Shown in pieces: positions 40,371-50,062 of a stretch of DNA of 64,000 nt (position 1 is the stretch's first letter; every line of letters starts with the position of its first letter). The stretch is from Acidobacteriota bacterium. GTDB lineage: Bacteria > Acidobacteriota > UBA6911 > RPQK01 > JAJDTT01. The stretch is taken from the NCBI GenBank assembly GCA_965263035.1, contig OZ253580.1:1120001-1184000 (forward strand). The letters run 5' to 3'. A program made the translations under genes and the position numbers. The notes under the pieces were generated by a model. The model did not search any database. It saw only the letters and a list, made by a program, of their open reading frames with translations, and was not told the origin of the DNA.

Positions 40371-43300
40371 GTCCGAAGGGAGAACTGCACGGGGAGCCGG
40401 GCGGTCCCATTGCCATCATGGCGAGCAACCGCGTCGCGGCCAATCTGTTGATGATCAGCATATTGGCGTTCGGCCTCGTGGCGTTTGGGGCTTTGGAGCG
40501 GGAAGCCTGGCCGACGGTTCCCTTCAATACCATCGAAGTGTCCGTGGTCTATCCCGGTGCCGCGCCCGAGGAGGTGGAGGAGTCGATCGTTGTCAAGATC
40601 GAGGAGCAGGTCGAGGCGCTGCCGGATGTCAAGGCGGTCAAGTCCATAGCGGCCCCGGGACTGGCATCGGTCAGGGTCGAATTGAAGACCGGCGCGGACA
40701 TCAACGAGGCCATGGACGAAGTCAAGTCCGCGGTCGCGCGCATCCCGTCGTTTCCCGGCGCAGCCGAGCGTCCGCAGTTCAGGGAGATGGACAATCGCAC
40801 CAGCATGATCCGTCTGATCGTGTTTGGCGACATCCCCGAGCGCTCGCTGAAGGAGTTGGCCTACCAGATCGAAGACGACTTGGGGTCGCTGCCCAACGTG
40901 TCGCACGTCGAGACCACCGGGACGAGAAACTACGAGATCTCGATCGAAGTGCCGCTCGTCCGCCTGCGCGCCTTCGGGCTGACGCTCGACGATATCGCGG
41001 ATGCGGTTCGCCGCAGTTCCCTGGACCTTTCAGCCGGCCGGATTGATACGCGGGTCGCCGAGGTGCGCGTCCGGACCATCGGCCAGAGCTACGATCAGCT
41101 CGACTTCGAGGAGATCGTCGTTGTCGCCCGGAACGACGGCACGATTATCCACCTCGGAGACATCGCCGAGGTGCGCGATGCCTTCCAGGACACCGACCTC
41201 ATCGTCCGGCACCAAGGGAAGCCGGCGGTCTTTGTCGAGGTCTACCGGGCCGAGGGCGAGCAGGTGATGGAGCTTGCGGGAGCCGTACACGAGCACATCG
41301 CGAACGAGATCGTCCCATCTCTGCCCCATGGCGTCGGGATCACCATCAGGAACGACGACTCCCAGACCTACTCGGAGCGGGCCGACATCCTCCGCAAGAA
41401 CGGTCTTCTGGGACTTATTCTGGTGTTCGTCGCATTGGCCCTGTTTCTCGAGATACGGCTCGCTTTGTGGGTCGTCGCCGGCCTGGTCACCTCGGGCGCC
41501 GGGGCCTTGGCCGTGATGCTGGCGCTCGACCTCGCGATCAATATCATTTCACTGTTCGCGTTCGTTCTGGCCATCGGCATCATCGTCGACGATGCCATTG
41601 TCGTGGCCGAGCACATCCACTACGAACGCATGCGGGGCGTTCCGGGAGTCGCCGCGGCGATCCGGGGCACGCGACGGATCAAGAAGGCGTTGACCTTCGC
41701 GGTTCTCACTTCGGTGGCGGCGTTCACGCCCCTGCTCTTCATCCCCGGGGGCATTGGAGAAGTGTGGAGCGCTTTGCCGGTGATCATCATCGGCATGCTG
41801 CTGATCTCGCTGGTAGAAGCGCTCCTGATACTGCCGAGCCACCTGTCCCACTTGCAGGGGCCGGAATGGGTGCCGGCCAACCTGGTGGATCGATTCTTCT
41901 CGTGTGTCCGACACTATATGGACCGAGGGCTGAACGGGTTCGTGAATGGCCCTCTGGATCGAGCGCTGCGCCTCGCGACGGATCATCCCGCCATCGTGGT
42001 GGCGGGGATCGTCGGACTATTCATTGTCAGCCTGTCGCTGGTACCGGCCGGTATTGTCACGACGACCTTTGCCCCCGTCGTGGAGGGTGACCTCGTCACC
42101 GCCACTCTCGAAATGCCGGACGGGACACCAGCCGAGCGGACCTACGAGGTGGCGATGGAACTGGAGCGGGCGGGAAGGCGGGTTCTGGAACGCCTGGATC
42201 GGGATCGACCGGACGATTTGCCCTCGTTGCTGTCGGGCGTGATCGTAACCGTCGGCCAGAGACCTCGCGTGGAAGGGGGAGGGCTTGACCCGACCCCCAC
42301 CATGAATCCGCAGTCAAACATCGCCTCCATCGAATTCAAGCTCTTGAGTTCCCAGCAACGGGAAATGTCCACCATTGCCATCATGCAGGCCTGGCGGGAC
42401 GAGGTCGGGATCCTCCCCTACGTTCGCGGGATCGCCTTCAGCGGCGAGGTCATCGATCTCGGCAGTCCCGTGGAGGCAGTGCTGTCGCATCCGGATCCGG
42501 AGCGCCTGTTGGAAATCGCCGACTCGGTAGTCGCCGGCCTTCGCAGTGTGGCGGGTGTCTTTGATGTCCGGTCCGATCATACGCCGGGCGTCGGGGAGAT
42601 TCAGCTGGCGTTGCGGCCGGAGGCGCGAACGCTCGGTCTCACGATCGAGGATTTAGCGCTGCAGGCGCGGGCGGCGTTCTTCGGCGTGGAGGCGCTGAGG
42701 GTACAGCGCCATCGCGAAGAGGTCCGGGTCTACGCGCGCCTGCCCGGCGACGAGCGCGATGCGATCACGGATGTCGAGGGCTACCTGATCCGCACCCGGT
42801 CGGGAGGACAGGTGCCGCTCAGCCAGGTGGCATCGATGAGAATGGGCACCTCACCGCCGTCGATCCGGCGCCAGGACGGTCAGCGCGTCGTCACGGTGAC
42901 GGCGGACGTGGACGAGAATGTGATTTCAGGCGGCGAAGCGAATGACATCCTCGAGAACACGATCCTCGCGCAACTGACCGCCGCCGCACCCGAGCTGACC
43001 TTCTCCTTTGGCGGCGAACAGCAGCAGCAGTTGGAGTCGCTGGACGCTCTGAACCGCGGGTTCATGCTCGCCATGTTCGCGATTTTCGGGCTGCTGGCCC
43101 TTTCCCTGGGGTCCTACGTCAAACCGTTTCTCGTGATGGCCATCATTCCGTTCGGTCTGATCGGCGTCGTCCTCGGCCACTTCGTATTGGGAGTCTCCAT
43201 AAGTGCCGCATCGTTCATGGGCTTCTTCGGGCTCAGCGGCGTCACCATCAACGATTCGCTGGTCATGATCGACTTCATCGACCAGCGGCGCAGGGAGGGC

Positions 43301-43558
43301 GCCGCTCCGAAGACGGCGATCATCGATGGCGCCAAGGGACGCTTCCGGCCCATCATCCTGACCTCAGTGACCACATTTCTCGGCTTCACGCCGCTCATTC
43401 TCGAACGGGCCATCCAGGCGCAGTTCCTGGTCCCCTTCGCCGCGTCGCTCGGGGTCCGAATCATGATTACAACCGGGATCCTGATGTTGCTCGTGCCGGC
43501 ACTTATGGCTGTCTATCTGCGTGCCAACTCGCGGCGCAGGGCAGCGGGGGCCATGTAA
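40367..43558 (+). CDS. RND efflux permease (island copy)
   Basis: YPGAAPEEVEE, GIIVDDAIVVAEH, RFRPIILTSVTT; 1063 aa; same subfamily as 33377-36631. Confidence 0.94.
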   Translation: MSPKGELHGEPGGPIAIMASNRVAANLLMISILAFGLVAFGALEREAWPTVPFNTIEVSVVYPGAAPEEVEESIVVKIEEQVEALPDVKAVKSIAAPGLASVRVELKTGADINEAMDEVKSAVARIPSFPGAAERPQFREMDNRTSMIRLIVFGDIPERSLKELAYQIEDDLGSLPNVSHVETTGTRNYEISIEVPLVRLRAFGLTLDDIADAVRRSSLDLSAGRIDTRVAEVRVRTIGQSYDQLDFEEIVVVARNDGTIIHLGDIAEVRDAFQDTDLIVRHQGKPAVFVEVYRAEGEQVMELAGAVHEHIANEIVPSLPHGVGITIRNDDSQTYSERADILRKNGLLGLILVFVALALFLEIRLALWVVAGLVTSGAGALAVMLALDLAINIISLFAFVLAIGIIVDDAIVVAEHIHYERMRGVPGVAAAIRGTRRIKKALTFAVLTSVAAFTPLLFIPGGIGEVWSALPVIIIGMLLISLVEALLILPSHLSHLQGPEWVPANLVDRFFSCVRHYMDRGLNGFVNGPLDRALRLATDHPAIVVAGIVGLFIVSLSLVPAGIVTTTFAPVVEGDLVTATLEMPDGTPAERTYEVAMELERAGRRVLERLDRDRPDDLPSLLSGVIVTVGQRPRVEGGGLDPTPTMNPQSNIASIEFKLLSSQQREMSTIAIMQAWRDEVGILPYVRGIAFSGEVIDLGSPVEAVLSHPDPERLLEIADSVVAGLRSVAGVFDVRSDHTPGVGEIQLALRPEARTLGLTIEDLALQARAAFFGVEALRVQRHREEVRVYARLPGDERDAITDVEGYLIRTRSGGQVPLSQVASMRMGTSPPSIRRQDGQRVVTVTADVDENVISGGEANDILENTILAQLTAAAPELTFSFGGEQQQQLESLDALNRGFMLAMFAIFGLLALSLGSYVKPFLVMAIIPFGLIGVVLGHFVLGVSISAASFMGFFGLSGVTINDSLVMIDFIDQRRREGAAPKTAIIDGAKGRFRPIILTSVTTFLGFTPLILERAIQAQFLVPFAASLGVRIMITTGILMLLVPALMAVYLRANSRRRAAGAM

Positions 43559-43574
43559 CCTGAACTTCCAGAGC

Positions 43575-43595
43575 CCGACGCTGCAGCAGCGTCGG
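43575..43595. terminator. Hairpin between convergent RND and P450 genes
   Basis: CCGACGCTGC-A-GCAGCGTCGG inverted repeat; no clear U-tract. Confidence 0.35.
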
Positions 43596-43722
43596 TTCCG
43601 TCAGTCATTGCAGCCTGCCCTGTACTGCCGTGCGCAAGTGTGCACGCATTCTCGATGGCGTCCGTCATGACGCACTTAGAGTCATGCGGTTCCAGCCGTG
43701 GCGCTGATGCGCGCTTGCGTGC

Positions 43723-45744
43723 TCAGGCCGAGTTTCTGACTTCAGCCACGCGTAGCTTCAGCTTCTTGTCGGGGGCAGCTGTCGGGAACGGATTGATTCC
43801 GAGTTCGTAGTTTTCGGGCACCAGTTCCAGCTTCATGTGGTAAGCGATGAGCAGGAGGTTGACGACCATCTGAAGTTCCACCCACCGACTTCCCAGGCAA
43901 GTGTGCGTGCCCAGGCCATAGGGAGCGTAGGCACCCGGCGCCAGATGCTCTGCCCGACCCGGCAGGTAGCGGTCTATGTCGAATTTCAGCGGATCCTTGA
44001 ACAGATCGCCGTCGTAGTGGGACGCCGTCTGGCAAACCAACAGTCGCGTTTGAGCAGGTATTTCGAAGCCCCTGACGATGCACTGGTTCATGACCGTCCT
44101 CAGCTGCCAGGGAATCACCGGGTACAGACGCGCGGACTCCATGCAGAGGCGGTGGGTGACGTCGATGCTGTGTTGGGTAAAGTCCCCCGCTTCCGGTTCA
44201 CGCCCGTTACCGAAGAACGACCCGGCTTCTTGCCGGACCTTCGCGTATAGATCCGGGTGGCGAACCATGGAATAGACTGCGAAGCCAAGCCCGCTGCCGA
44301 GATAGAGGCTGGCGATCATTGACGCGACGAAGGGGAAGACGAGGTCCGTTTCCGGAAGGAACTGCGGATCGTTGTGATGGAGTCCGAGGATTGCGTCGGC
44401 AAGATCCGGCGGCTGACCCTTCCTCTGCGCCGGCGTGTGGGATGCTTGAATCGACTCCTGGAGTTCACGGATACGCTTGCCGTAACGCTTCATCTTGGGC
44501 GTTGACATCATGAATTTCGGCAACGCGCCCTGAACGTGCGTCACCAGCGCACGATGTTCAAATTCCAGGAGTTCGTCGACGTAGTGACTGCAATCCACTC
44601 CTATCATCAGATGCGAGATCTGACTGCTGACGTGGGTCTGGAACGTCCCGGTCGCACGGAAAACGTCGCCTTCATTCCATAGCCTGAGCGATCGCCTGCA
44701 GTGGTGGATCAACTCTGGTAGCCGTCGCGCAAGCGTGGTTCGGGAATAGGCACTCTGTAGCGACTTGCGCATCTTGTAGTGTTCGGCGCCATCCATGCCC
44801 GGCAGGGTTCGGGATGCGCCGAACGCGTGTTCGAGATCCTGGATGTAGTCCTTCGACCGAAGGTAGAACCGCCCTTTCTTGTTGACCCACCGATTGGTCT
44901 CCGGCCCGATCAAGGCAACAACAGTTGCCTTGTCCATTTTGAAGGGAAGCTCGACGACCGGCCCGTACTTCCGGAAGATGTCGTACATCGCCTTTGGAAT
45001 GTTGCACGTGCGGAAGTCACGCTGTCGCAGGATGTCGAAGATCCGGAGCCTTGGGATGGGCTTGGTTCGAAGAACACGGCGGGTTCTCGGTGTGGCGGTG
45101 CTCTCCCTCACCGCGCTGGCAACCGATCGCCCTACCAGATCCAGCTTGGCGATCGTCTCGATCCGCTCGAGCTTCTCCTCATATTCCTCTGGCGGAAGCA
45201 GCAGCTTGAAACCGTCGCATGTATGCATCAAGGCAACGAGGATGGCGTCTCTCGGGTCCGGAATGAAATCGTTCAAGATGACGCTCAGGACTCTTGCCTT
45301 GGCTTCCTGGCGGGTCCTTTCGTCGGAGATCGGATAGTGTCCGGAACGTGAAACGGAGCGCGAGAGCGTCCAGAATCCGCCGCTCTCGTAGTCGAGGATC
45401 CCCCTCTCCACCAGGCGATCGAGTGTGGCCGAGACGATTTCTTCGGAACGGGCCGTGTTCCGTTCGATCCAGTACTGCGAATCCCGGGTCTCCCGGGATT
45501 CGGCGATTTCGTTGAGCGTGGGGTCGAGCAGGTCGTCTCCGGTTGGACTGGGATCAACCAGATACAACGCGTCCAAATCGGTGTCGATTCGATCCTCCAG
45601 CGCAAGGTCGGCGATTACAGCTCCCGCCATGACGCAGGAGAAATTCCAGCCTGGAACCATTTCCAGATAGCCGGTCCGTTCGTTGAGCATCAGGAGGATC
45701 AGCTCTTCGGCAAGGCGTATCGGGAACTCGGGGATCCTTCTCAT
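43723..45744 (-). CDS. GPP34/GOLPH3-like domain fused to cytochrome P450
   Basis: N-terminal LAEELILLML...AGAVIADLALEDRI...TGDDLLD..L (GPP34-like); C-terminal ESAR (ExxR), FDIDRY, YGLGTHTCLG heme motif. Confidence 0.88.
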   Translation of the reverse strand: MRRIPEFPIRLAEELILLMLNERTGYLEMVPGWNFSCVMAGAVIADLALEDRIDTDLDALYLVDPSPTGDDLLDPTLNEIAESRETRDSQYWIERNTARSEEIVSATLDRLVERGILDYESGGFWTLSRSVSRSGHYPISDERTRQEAKARVLSVILNDFIPDPRDAILVALMHTCDGFKLLLPPEEYEEKLERIETIAKLDLVGRSVASAVRESTATPRTRRVLRTKPIPRLRIFDILRQRDFRTCNIPKAMYDIFRKYGPVVELPFKMDKATVVALIGPETNRWVNKKGRFYLRSKDYIQDLEHAFGASRTLPGMDGAEHYKMRKSLQSAYSRTTLARRLPELIHHCRRSLRLWNEGDVFRATGTFQTHVSSQISHLMIGVDCSHYVDELLEFEHRALVTHVQGALPKFMMSTPKMKRYGKRIRELQESIQASHTPAQRKGQPPDLADAILGLHHNDPQFLPETDLVFPFVASMIASLYLGSGLGFAVYSMVRHPDLYAKVRQEAGSFFGNGREPEAGDFTQHSIDVTHRLCMESARLYPVIPWQLRTVMNQCIVRGFEIPAQTRLLVCQTASHYDGDLFKDPLKFDIDRYLPGRAEHLAPGAYAPYGLGTHTCLGSRWVELQMVVNLLLIAYHMKLELVPENYELGINPFPTAAPDKKLKLRVAEVRNSA

Positions 45745-45959
45745 AAATCTCCAGTCCGGATTGGACGGCTCAAGGCCTGGGCCTTCGCCGGGAGCCGGTC
45801 AGCCGGACGCGCTGCTCATAAAGCCTTGCAGCACAAACGTCATTGCCCCCGTCCGACCAAGCGCCAGCCATCGGGAGACGGGGCCAGCGAGCGGGCGGAT
45901 GGCTCCGTTTCCCTCTATATAGCATACTCCTAGCCGAATTTGAGGATGGCGTCGTCCAG

Positions 45960-46010
45960 CAGGGGGAAGCGGGCCGTCTTCGACTACATCGAGGGGTTCT
46001 ACAACCGGAT
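45960..46010 (+). pseudogene. IS3-family transposase fragment
   Basis: Translates as AVFDYIEGFYNR, the conserved IS3 OrfB C-terminal motif. Confidence 0.65.
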
Positions 46011-46101
46011 CCCCGAGAACGAAGCGAGCAACGCCGATCAGGATCAGGGCCCTCAGCCAGTTGGCCACGATACCGGATGATGCGGCCCGATCATGGTGAC
46101 T

Positions 46102-47277
46102 TCAGGGGTTGGAATCCTCCTGAATTTGGACCTTCATCCCGTCGATGACCGTGGCCAGGGTGGCCAGCGAAACCAGTTCTCCCTCTTCCAGACCCGAATC
46201 GATGATGACCTGTTCCCGCTCCAGCCGCACGACGTTCACATGGCGGAAACGGAGCCTGGACTCCGAGTCCACGACCAACACCTGATCTTCCCCCCGAAGT
46301 GCCGCCCGGGGCAAGGTAACGACATTCTCCAGCCGGCGGCCCTGGATTTCGGCTTCCACGAACATGCCCACGGCGAGGGGAGGACGGTCCGGATCCGGAC
46401 CCCGGCCATAGGGGTCAGCCACCTGAGCGATGGCGTGGATCATCCGGGTCTGAGGATCGATGGTCCCATCCGTTCGCACGATCCTCCCGTTCCATGAATG
46501 CTTCCGCTGGCCGAACTCGGCCCGCAGGAGAACGACGGGATGGCGTTTCTCCGACCCGTCGCCGCGATAGCCGAGGGGCAGGTCCACATAGGCCAACTCC
46601 TCGTCGGGTAGCGGCAGCCGGATCTCGGCATGGTCCACGGCATAGATCGTGGCCACCGGAGTCCCCGGGGTCACGTATTGGCCGATGTCCACGTTTTTTC
46701 GAAGGACCCGCCCCGCGAACGGAGCGGCGATCCTGGTCTTCTCCAGATTTCGCCTGGCCTGGGCCAAAGCGGCCTGAGCCGAAGAAAGCGCGGCCTTGGC
46801 CCGAGCGATCTGGGGCACTCGTCGCAACAGGGGGAGGGCCTCCCCTTCTCCCAGACTCTCCCATTCTTTGCGGGCGACCTCGGCCTGGGCCTCTTCGGTC
46901 TCCAAAGACAGTTGAGCCTGCGCGATCTGAGACTCGGCCTGAACCACCTGCAGGTGGTAGTCCGTGGCGTCGATCCTGAGGAGTTGACCTCCCGCCTCGA
47001 AGAACCCCCCGTCCGCGAGAGAGGGGGAGACTTCCAGGACCCGTCCCGCGATCTCGGGAAACAAAGTGGTCTGGGTTCGGGGAGCCACAGTCCCCTGGGA
47101 CATGACCTTCAGCCGGAGTGTCTGAAGCTGCACGGGAACGACCCGGATCACCGGAACCGGAATCTCCGGAGGCCGGGTCTCGACCACGGGGCGGTCGTTG
47201 AATATCTTCCAGGCCCACGTCGAGGCAACGGCCAAAGTCGCCATGGGCAGCAGAACCTTCAGCAGAAGCTTGATCAA
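46102..47277 (-). CDS. RND membrane-fusion protein
   Basis: QGTVAPRT, KTRIAAPFAG, IDPQTR, GMFVEAEI. Confidence 0.95.
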   Translation of the reverse strand: MIKLLLKVLLPMATLAVASTWAWKIFNDRPVVETRPPEIPVPVIRVVPVQLQTLRLKVMSQGTVAPRTQTTLFPEIAGRVLEVSPSLADGGFFEAGGQLLRIDATDYHLQVVQAESQIAQAQLSLETEEAQAEVARKEWESLGEGEALPLLRRVPQIARAKAALSSAQAALAQARRNLEKTRIAAPFAGRVLRKNVDIGQYVTPGTPVATIYAVDHAEIRLPLPDEELAYVDLPLGYRGDGSEKRHPVVLLRAEFGQRKHSWNGRIVRTDGTIDPQTRMIHAIAQVADPYGRGPDPDRPPLAVGMFVEAEIQGRRLENVVTLPRAALRGEDQVLVVDSESRLRFRHVNVVRLEREQVIIDSGLEEGELVSLATLATVIDGMKVQIQEDSNP

Positions 47278-48740
47278 TTGCCGTTCTCTCCGGTGAGAGT
47301 CACCGGGAGAAGTGCTCCCGGGGCACCCGGCGGGGCGCCCGGCTCGAAGCCGCCTCCCAGCGCCAAGTGGAGATCGATCCGGTTTTCCAGCAAGAGGCGC
47401 TGCAGGGTCAGGATCTGACTCTTGGAGTTGAGGATCCGACGATCCGTCTGCAACACCACCAGCATATCCCCCAGGCCATGGCGATAGCGAAACTGGGCCT
47501 GGTCCCGGGCCGTCTCGGCTTCCACGACTGATTCTTCCAGTTCACGCAGCCGATCTCGCAAGAAACTTTCAACCGAAAGGGCCGTCTCAACCTCGCCGAA
47601 GGCCTGCAGGACTGCACCAGCGTAGGTCTCCAGGATTTCCTGGGACCGGCCTTGGGCAATGTCGACCTGACGCTTGAGGCGTCCTCCCTGAAAGAGGGGC
47701 TGGACCAGGTTGCCCAGCAGGCTCCAGACGGCGTAGTCCCCATTCACCAGGCTCAACAGACCTTTGGTGGCCGTTCCACCGGCCGTGGTGAGGCTCAGTC
47801 GAGGGTGAAGGGCCGATTGAGCCTGGACGATTCCGACATCGGAGGCCAGCAGACGCCGCTGCGCCGCGATGAGATCGGGTCGGCGCGTCAGGAGCTGGGA
47901 GGGGACGCCGGCCGGAACGCCGGAGGAAACCTGGGGAAGGCTCTCCCGAACTTGCAGCTCCCCGTAGGGATAGCGTCCGACCAGGAGTTCGACTTGGCGA
48001 TTCCCGCGGTCCAATTGCTCGCGGCGAAGATGGACGGCGGATTCAGCGGCAGAAATGTCTGCCTGGACCAGACTGATTTCCACGGCCTGCCCCAGACCCG
48101 CCTCAAAGCGATTTCTGAGCCACTGGGAGGTCGCCTCATAACTGGCCACCGTCTCCCGGGCCAGGGCCAACTGAAGATTTGCCTCCGAGCAGACAAACCA
48201 CGCCTTGGCCGTCTGGCCCGCCAACGAATGCCTCGCCGCAGCAAGATCCGCTGCATGCGCGGAGGCGAGAGCACCGGCTTGAATCTCGCCGCTACGGATT
48301 CTCCCCCAGAGGTCCGCCTCCCAGTTGACGTCCAGGGAGGCACCGAGGTTGGTAAACGTTGCCCGCGGCACCCGGCCCTCGAAACCGGGTATGGGAAAAC
48401 CGATAAAGTTTTGCCGCTGACGGCGGCCGTTCAAGCTGAGTCCGAGCGACGGAATCCGGTCGGCACCGGCAATCTGGGCTTCGATCAGGGCCGTCTCCAA
48501 GCGGGCGGCGACGGCCCGAAGTTGAGGATTGTGGCGGAGCGTTTCCTCGATCAACGCATCCAATTGCGGATCCTGAAACTGTTTCCACCAATGGACATCG
48601 ACCGTTCCCTCCGCCGCCGTTCCCGAATTCCACGCCTCTGGAATCGGCAGGCTCGGCTGCCGTTCGGGTGGGACCGCGGTCCGGACGCATCCGGCTCCCG
48701 GAAGGAGCATGGCCAGAAAAAGAAGGTGCGTGGATCTCAT
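47274..48740 (-). CDS. Efflux outer-membrane factor lipoprotein (NodT/OprM family)
   Basis: Lipobox GAGC, WWKQFQDPQLDALI, WEADLWG, RRPDL, LHLALGGG. Confidence 0.95.
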   Translation of the reverse strand: MRSTHLLFLAMLLPGAGCVRTAVPPERQPSLPIPEAWNSGTAAEGTVDVHWWKQFQDPQLDALIEETLRHNPQLRAVAARLETALIEAQIAGADRIPSLGLSLNGRRQRQNFIGFPIPGFEGRVPRATFTNLGASLDVNWEADLWGRIRSGEIQAGALASAHAADLAAARHSLAGQTAKAWFVCSEANLQLALARETVASYEATSQWLRNRFEAGLGQAVEISLVQADISAAESAVHLRREQLDRGNRQVELLVGRYPYGELQVRESLPQVSSGVPAGVPSQLLTRRPDLIAAQRRLLASDVGIVQAQSALHPRLSLTTAGGTATKGLLSLVNGDYAVWSLLGNLVQPLFQGGRLKRQVDIAQGRSQEILETYAGAVLQAFGEVETALSVESFLRDRLRELEESVVEAETARDQAQFRYRHGLGDMLVVLQTDRRILNSKSQILTLQRLLLENRIDLHLALGGGFEPGAPPGAPGALLPVTLTGENGN

Positions 48741-49402
48741 CCGTAATTTTCCTGTGATGGAATCGGAGTCCGAAACCCGGCTGCCAGAAAACTGACAAGA
48801 CGAGCGACCACCTCGTCCACCTGGGACGGTTCCGGGACATCCAAGAAGAGGTTCTCCAGGTTTTCCAGATTCTTCCAGTCCGCGATCACGTGAAGCGTGT
48901 GGGACATGGCGCCCACCATGAAATGAAACCTCCAGAAAGCTTCTTCTCTGGGCAAATCGGGGAGCCTTGGGCTCAGGGCTCCGGAGAAACGCTCGATGAC
49001 CTCGGCGAACTGTCCATAGATCATCTCCCGAATCGCTTCGTCAGGAGAGTTGAAAGCCCGGGAGAGAAGCTGCATGAAGCGCATGCTCCCTCTCTCGGGA
49101 TCCCGGATCAGCTGTACCGGCGGTCGGATGAACGCCTCCAAGATCTTCTCCAGGGAGGGCACGGCCCCATCGGCGTCAACCTGACACTGGTCCAAGAGCG
49201 TCAGGCGCTGCCGGTTGAGAGGAGACAGACGCAGGGCGAAGAGCTCCTGAATGAGTCGATCCTTGGAGCCGAAGTGATAGTGCATGGCGGCCAGATTCAC
49301 ATTGGCCCGCGAGGTGATCATGCGAACCGAGGTCGCGGAAAATCCCCGAGCTGCGAAGAGTCCTTCCGCCGCCGCCAGGATCCTGGTTCTGGTGTCCTGC
49401 AT
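48737..49402 (-). CDS. TetR family regulator (PsrA-like)
   Basis: TRTRILAAAEGLFA..GF..TSVRMIT..ANVNLAAMHYHFGSK. Confidence 0.93.
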   Translation of the reverse strand: MQDTRTRILAAAEGLFAARGFSATSVRMITSRANVNLAAMHYHFGSKDRLIQELFALRLSPLNRQRLTLLDQCQVDADGAVPSLEKILEAFIRPPVQLIRDPERGSMRFMQLLSRAFNSPDEAIREMIYGQFAEVIERFSGALSPRLPDLPREEAFWRFHFMVGAMSHTLHVIADWKNLENLENLFLDVPEPSQVDEVVARLVSFLAAGFRTPIPSQENYG

Positions 49403-49414
49403 GATCCCCGAATA

Positions 49415-49469
49415 AAACAACCGTTTAAAACGTACGATCGTTCTACAAAAATTTCGTCCCGACTGTCAA
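49415..49469 (-). promoter_or_regulatory. Putative promoter and PsrA-type operator of the efflux operon
   Basis: TTGACA(49469-49464)-18 nt-TAGAAC(49445-49440); AAAC-N4-GTTT palindrome at 49415-49426. Confidence 0.55.
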
Positions 49470-49483
49470 ATGCTGCCAACTAG

Positions 49484-49642
49484 GAGGCTGCGCTGTAGAA
49501 ATGATCGTAGCGAGAAAGTGGGGAATCGAGGCCGGATTTTCTCGATTTGGAGGTGCATAGTTGTTCTATTCGCCGAGAAATCGAGGAAATATGGACCGAT
49601 TCTACCGCTTTCGCAGTAGGTCAATTTCTGCGGCGCAGGCTC
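49484..49642 (-). mobile_element. MITE family A, copy 4
   Basis: Reverse copy flanked by CTAG (49480-49483, 49643-49646); terminus GAGGCTGCGC. Confidence 0.92.
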
Positions 49643-49799
49643 CTAGGTGCTTCGATCCTTTCAGACGCACAGAATTTCCGCTGGAGACGAGAAGGTGATC
49701 GTTTCGTGGCGGAAAACACTCGGCGCGGTTGGTGGCCTTCTGACCGGTCCGAGTCCGCCATTCGACGGGGCGGAGACGTGGCGCAAGGGCGCCCGGACA

Positions 49800-50050
49800 C
49801 TACCTCCGGTGGATCGTCAGCTGGTCGAGCAGGAAATCTTCCAGACGTTCATCGTCGCCGCCCAAGGCCTGGACCTGTTCCCAGGACAATTTCAGGCGAA
49901 AGCTCTTCACCCGAAGATGACTGATCTCGACTGAGAGACCACCGTCACCCGAAATGACCTCGACCCGGGCATCCGACCCCAGATGGAAGAGAACGAAATT
50001 GTCCAACTCGTCCAGGAATCTGCACTTTGCCGTTTCCCGGGCGTCTCCTC
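49800..50050 (-). CDS. Small hypothetical protein (start uncertain)
   Basis: Protein-like C-terminal part of ORF 49800-50429 (RFLDELDNFVLFHLG...LLDQLTIHRR). Confidence 0.35.
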
Positions 50051-50062
50051 CGCGAGCTTCGA

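Larger units (their letters stand above)
36638..46090. mobile_element. ~9.45-kb genomic island splitting the MFP-RND junction
   Basis: TCATGGTGAC at 36628-36637 and 46091-46100, extended by a decayed copy of the RND 5' end at ~46010-46090; removing the island re-joins the MFP stop to the RND ATG; no integrase seen. Confidence 0.7.
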
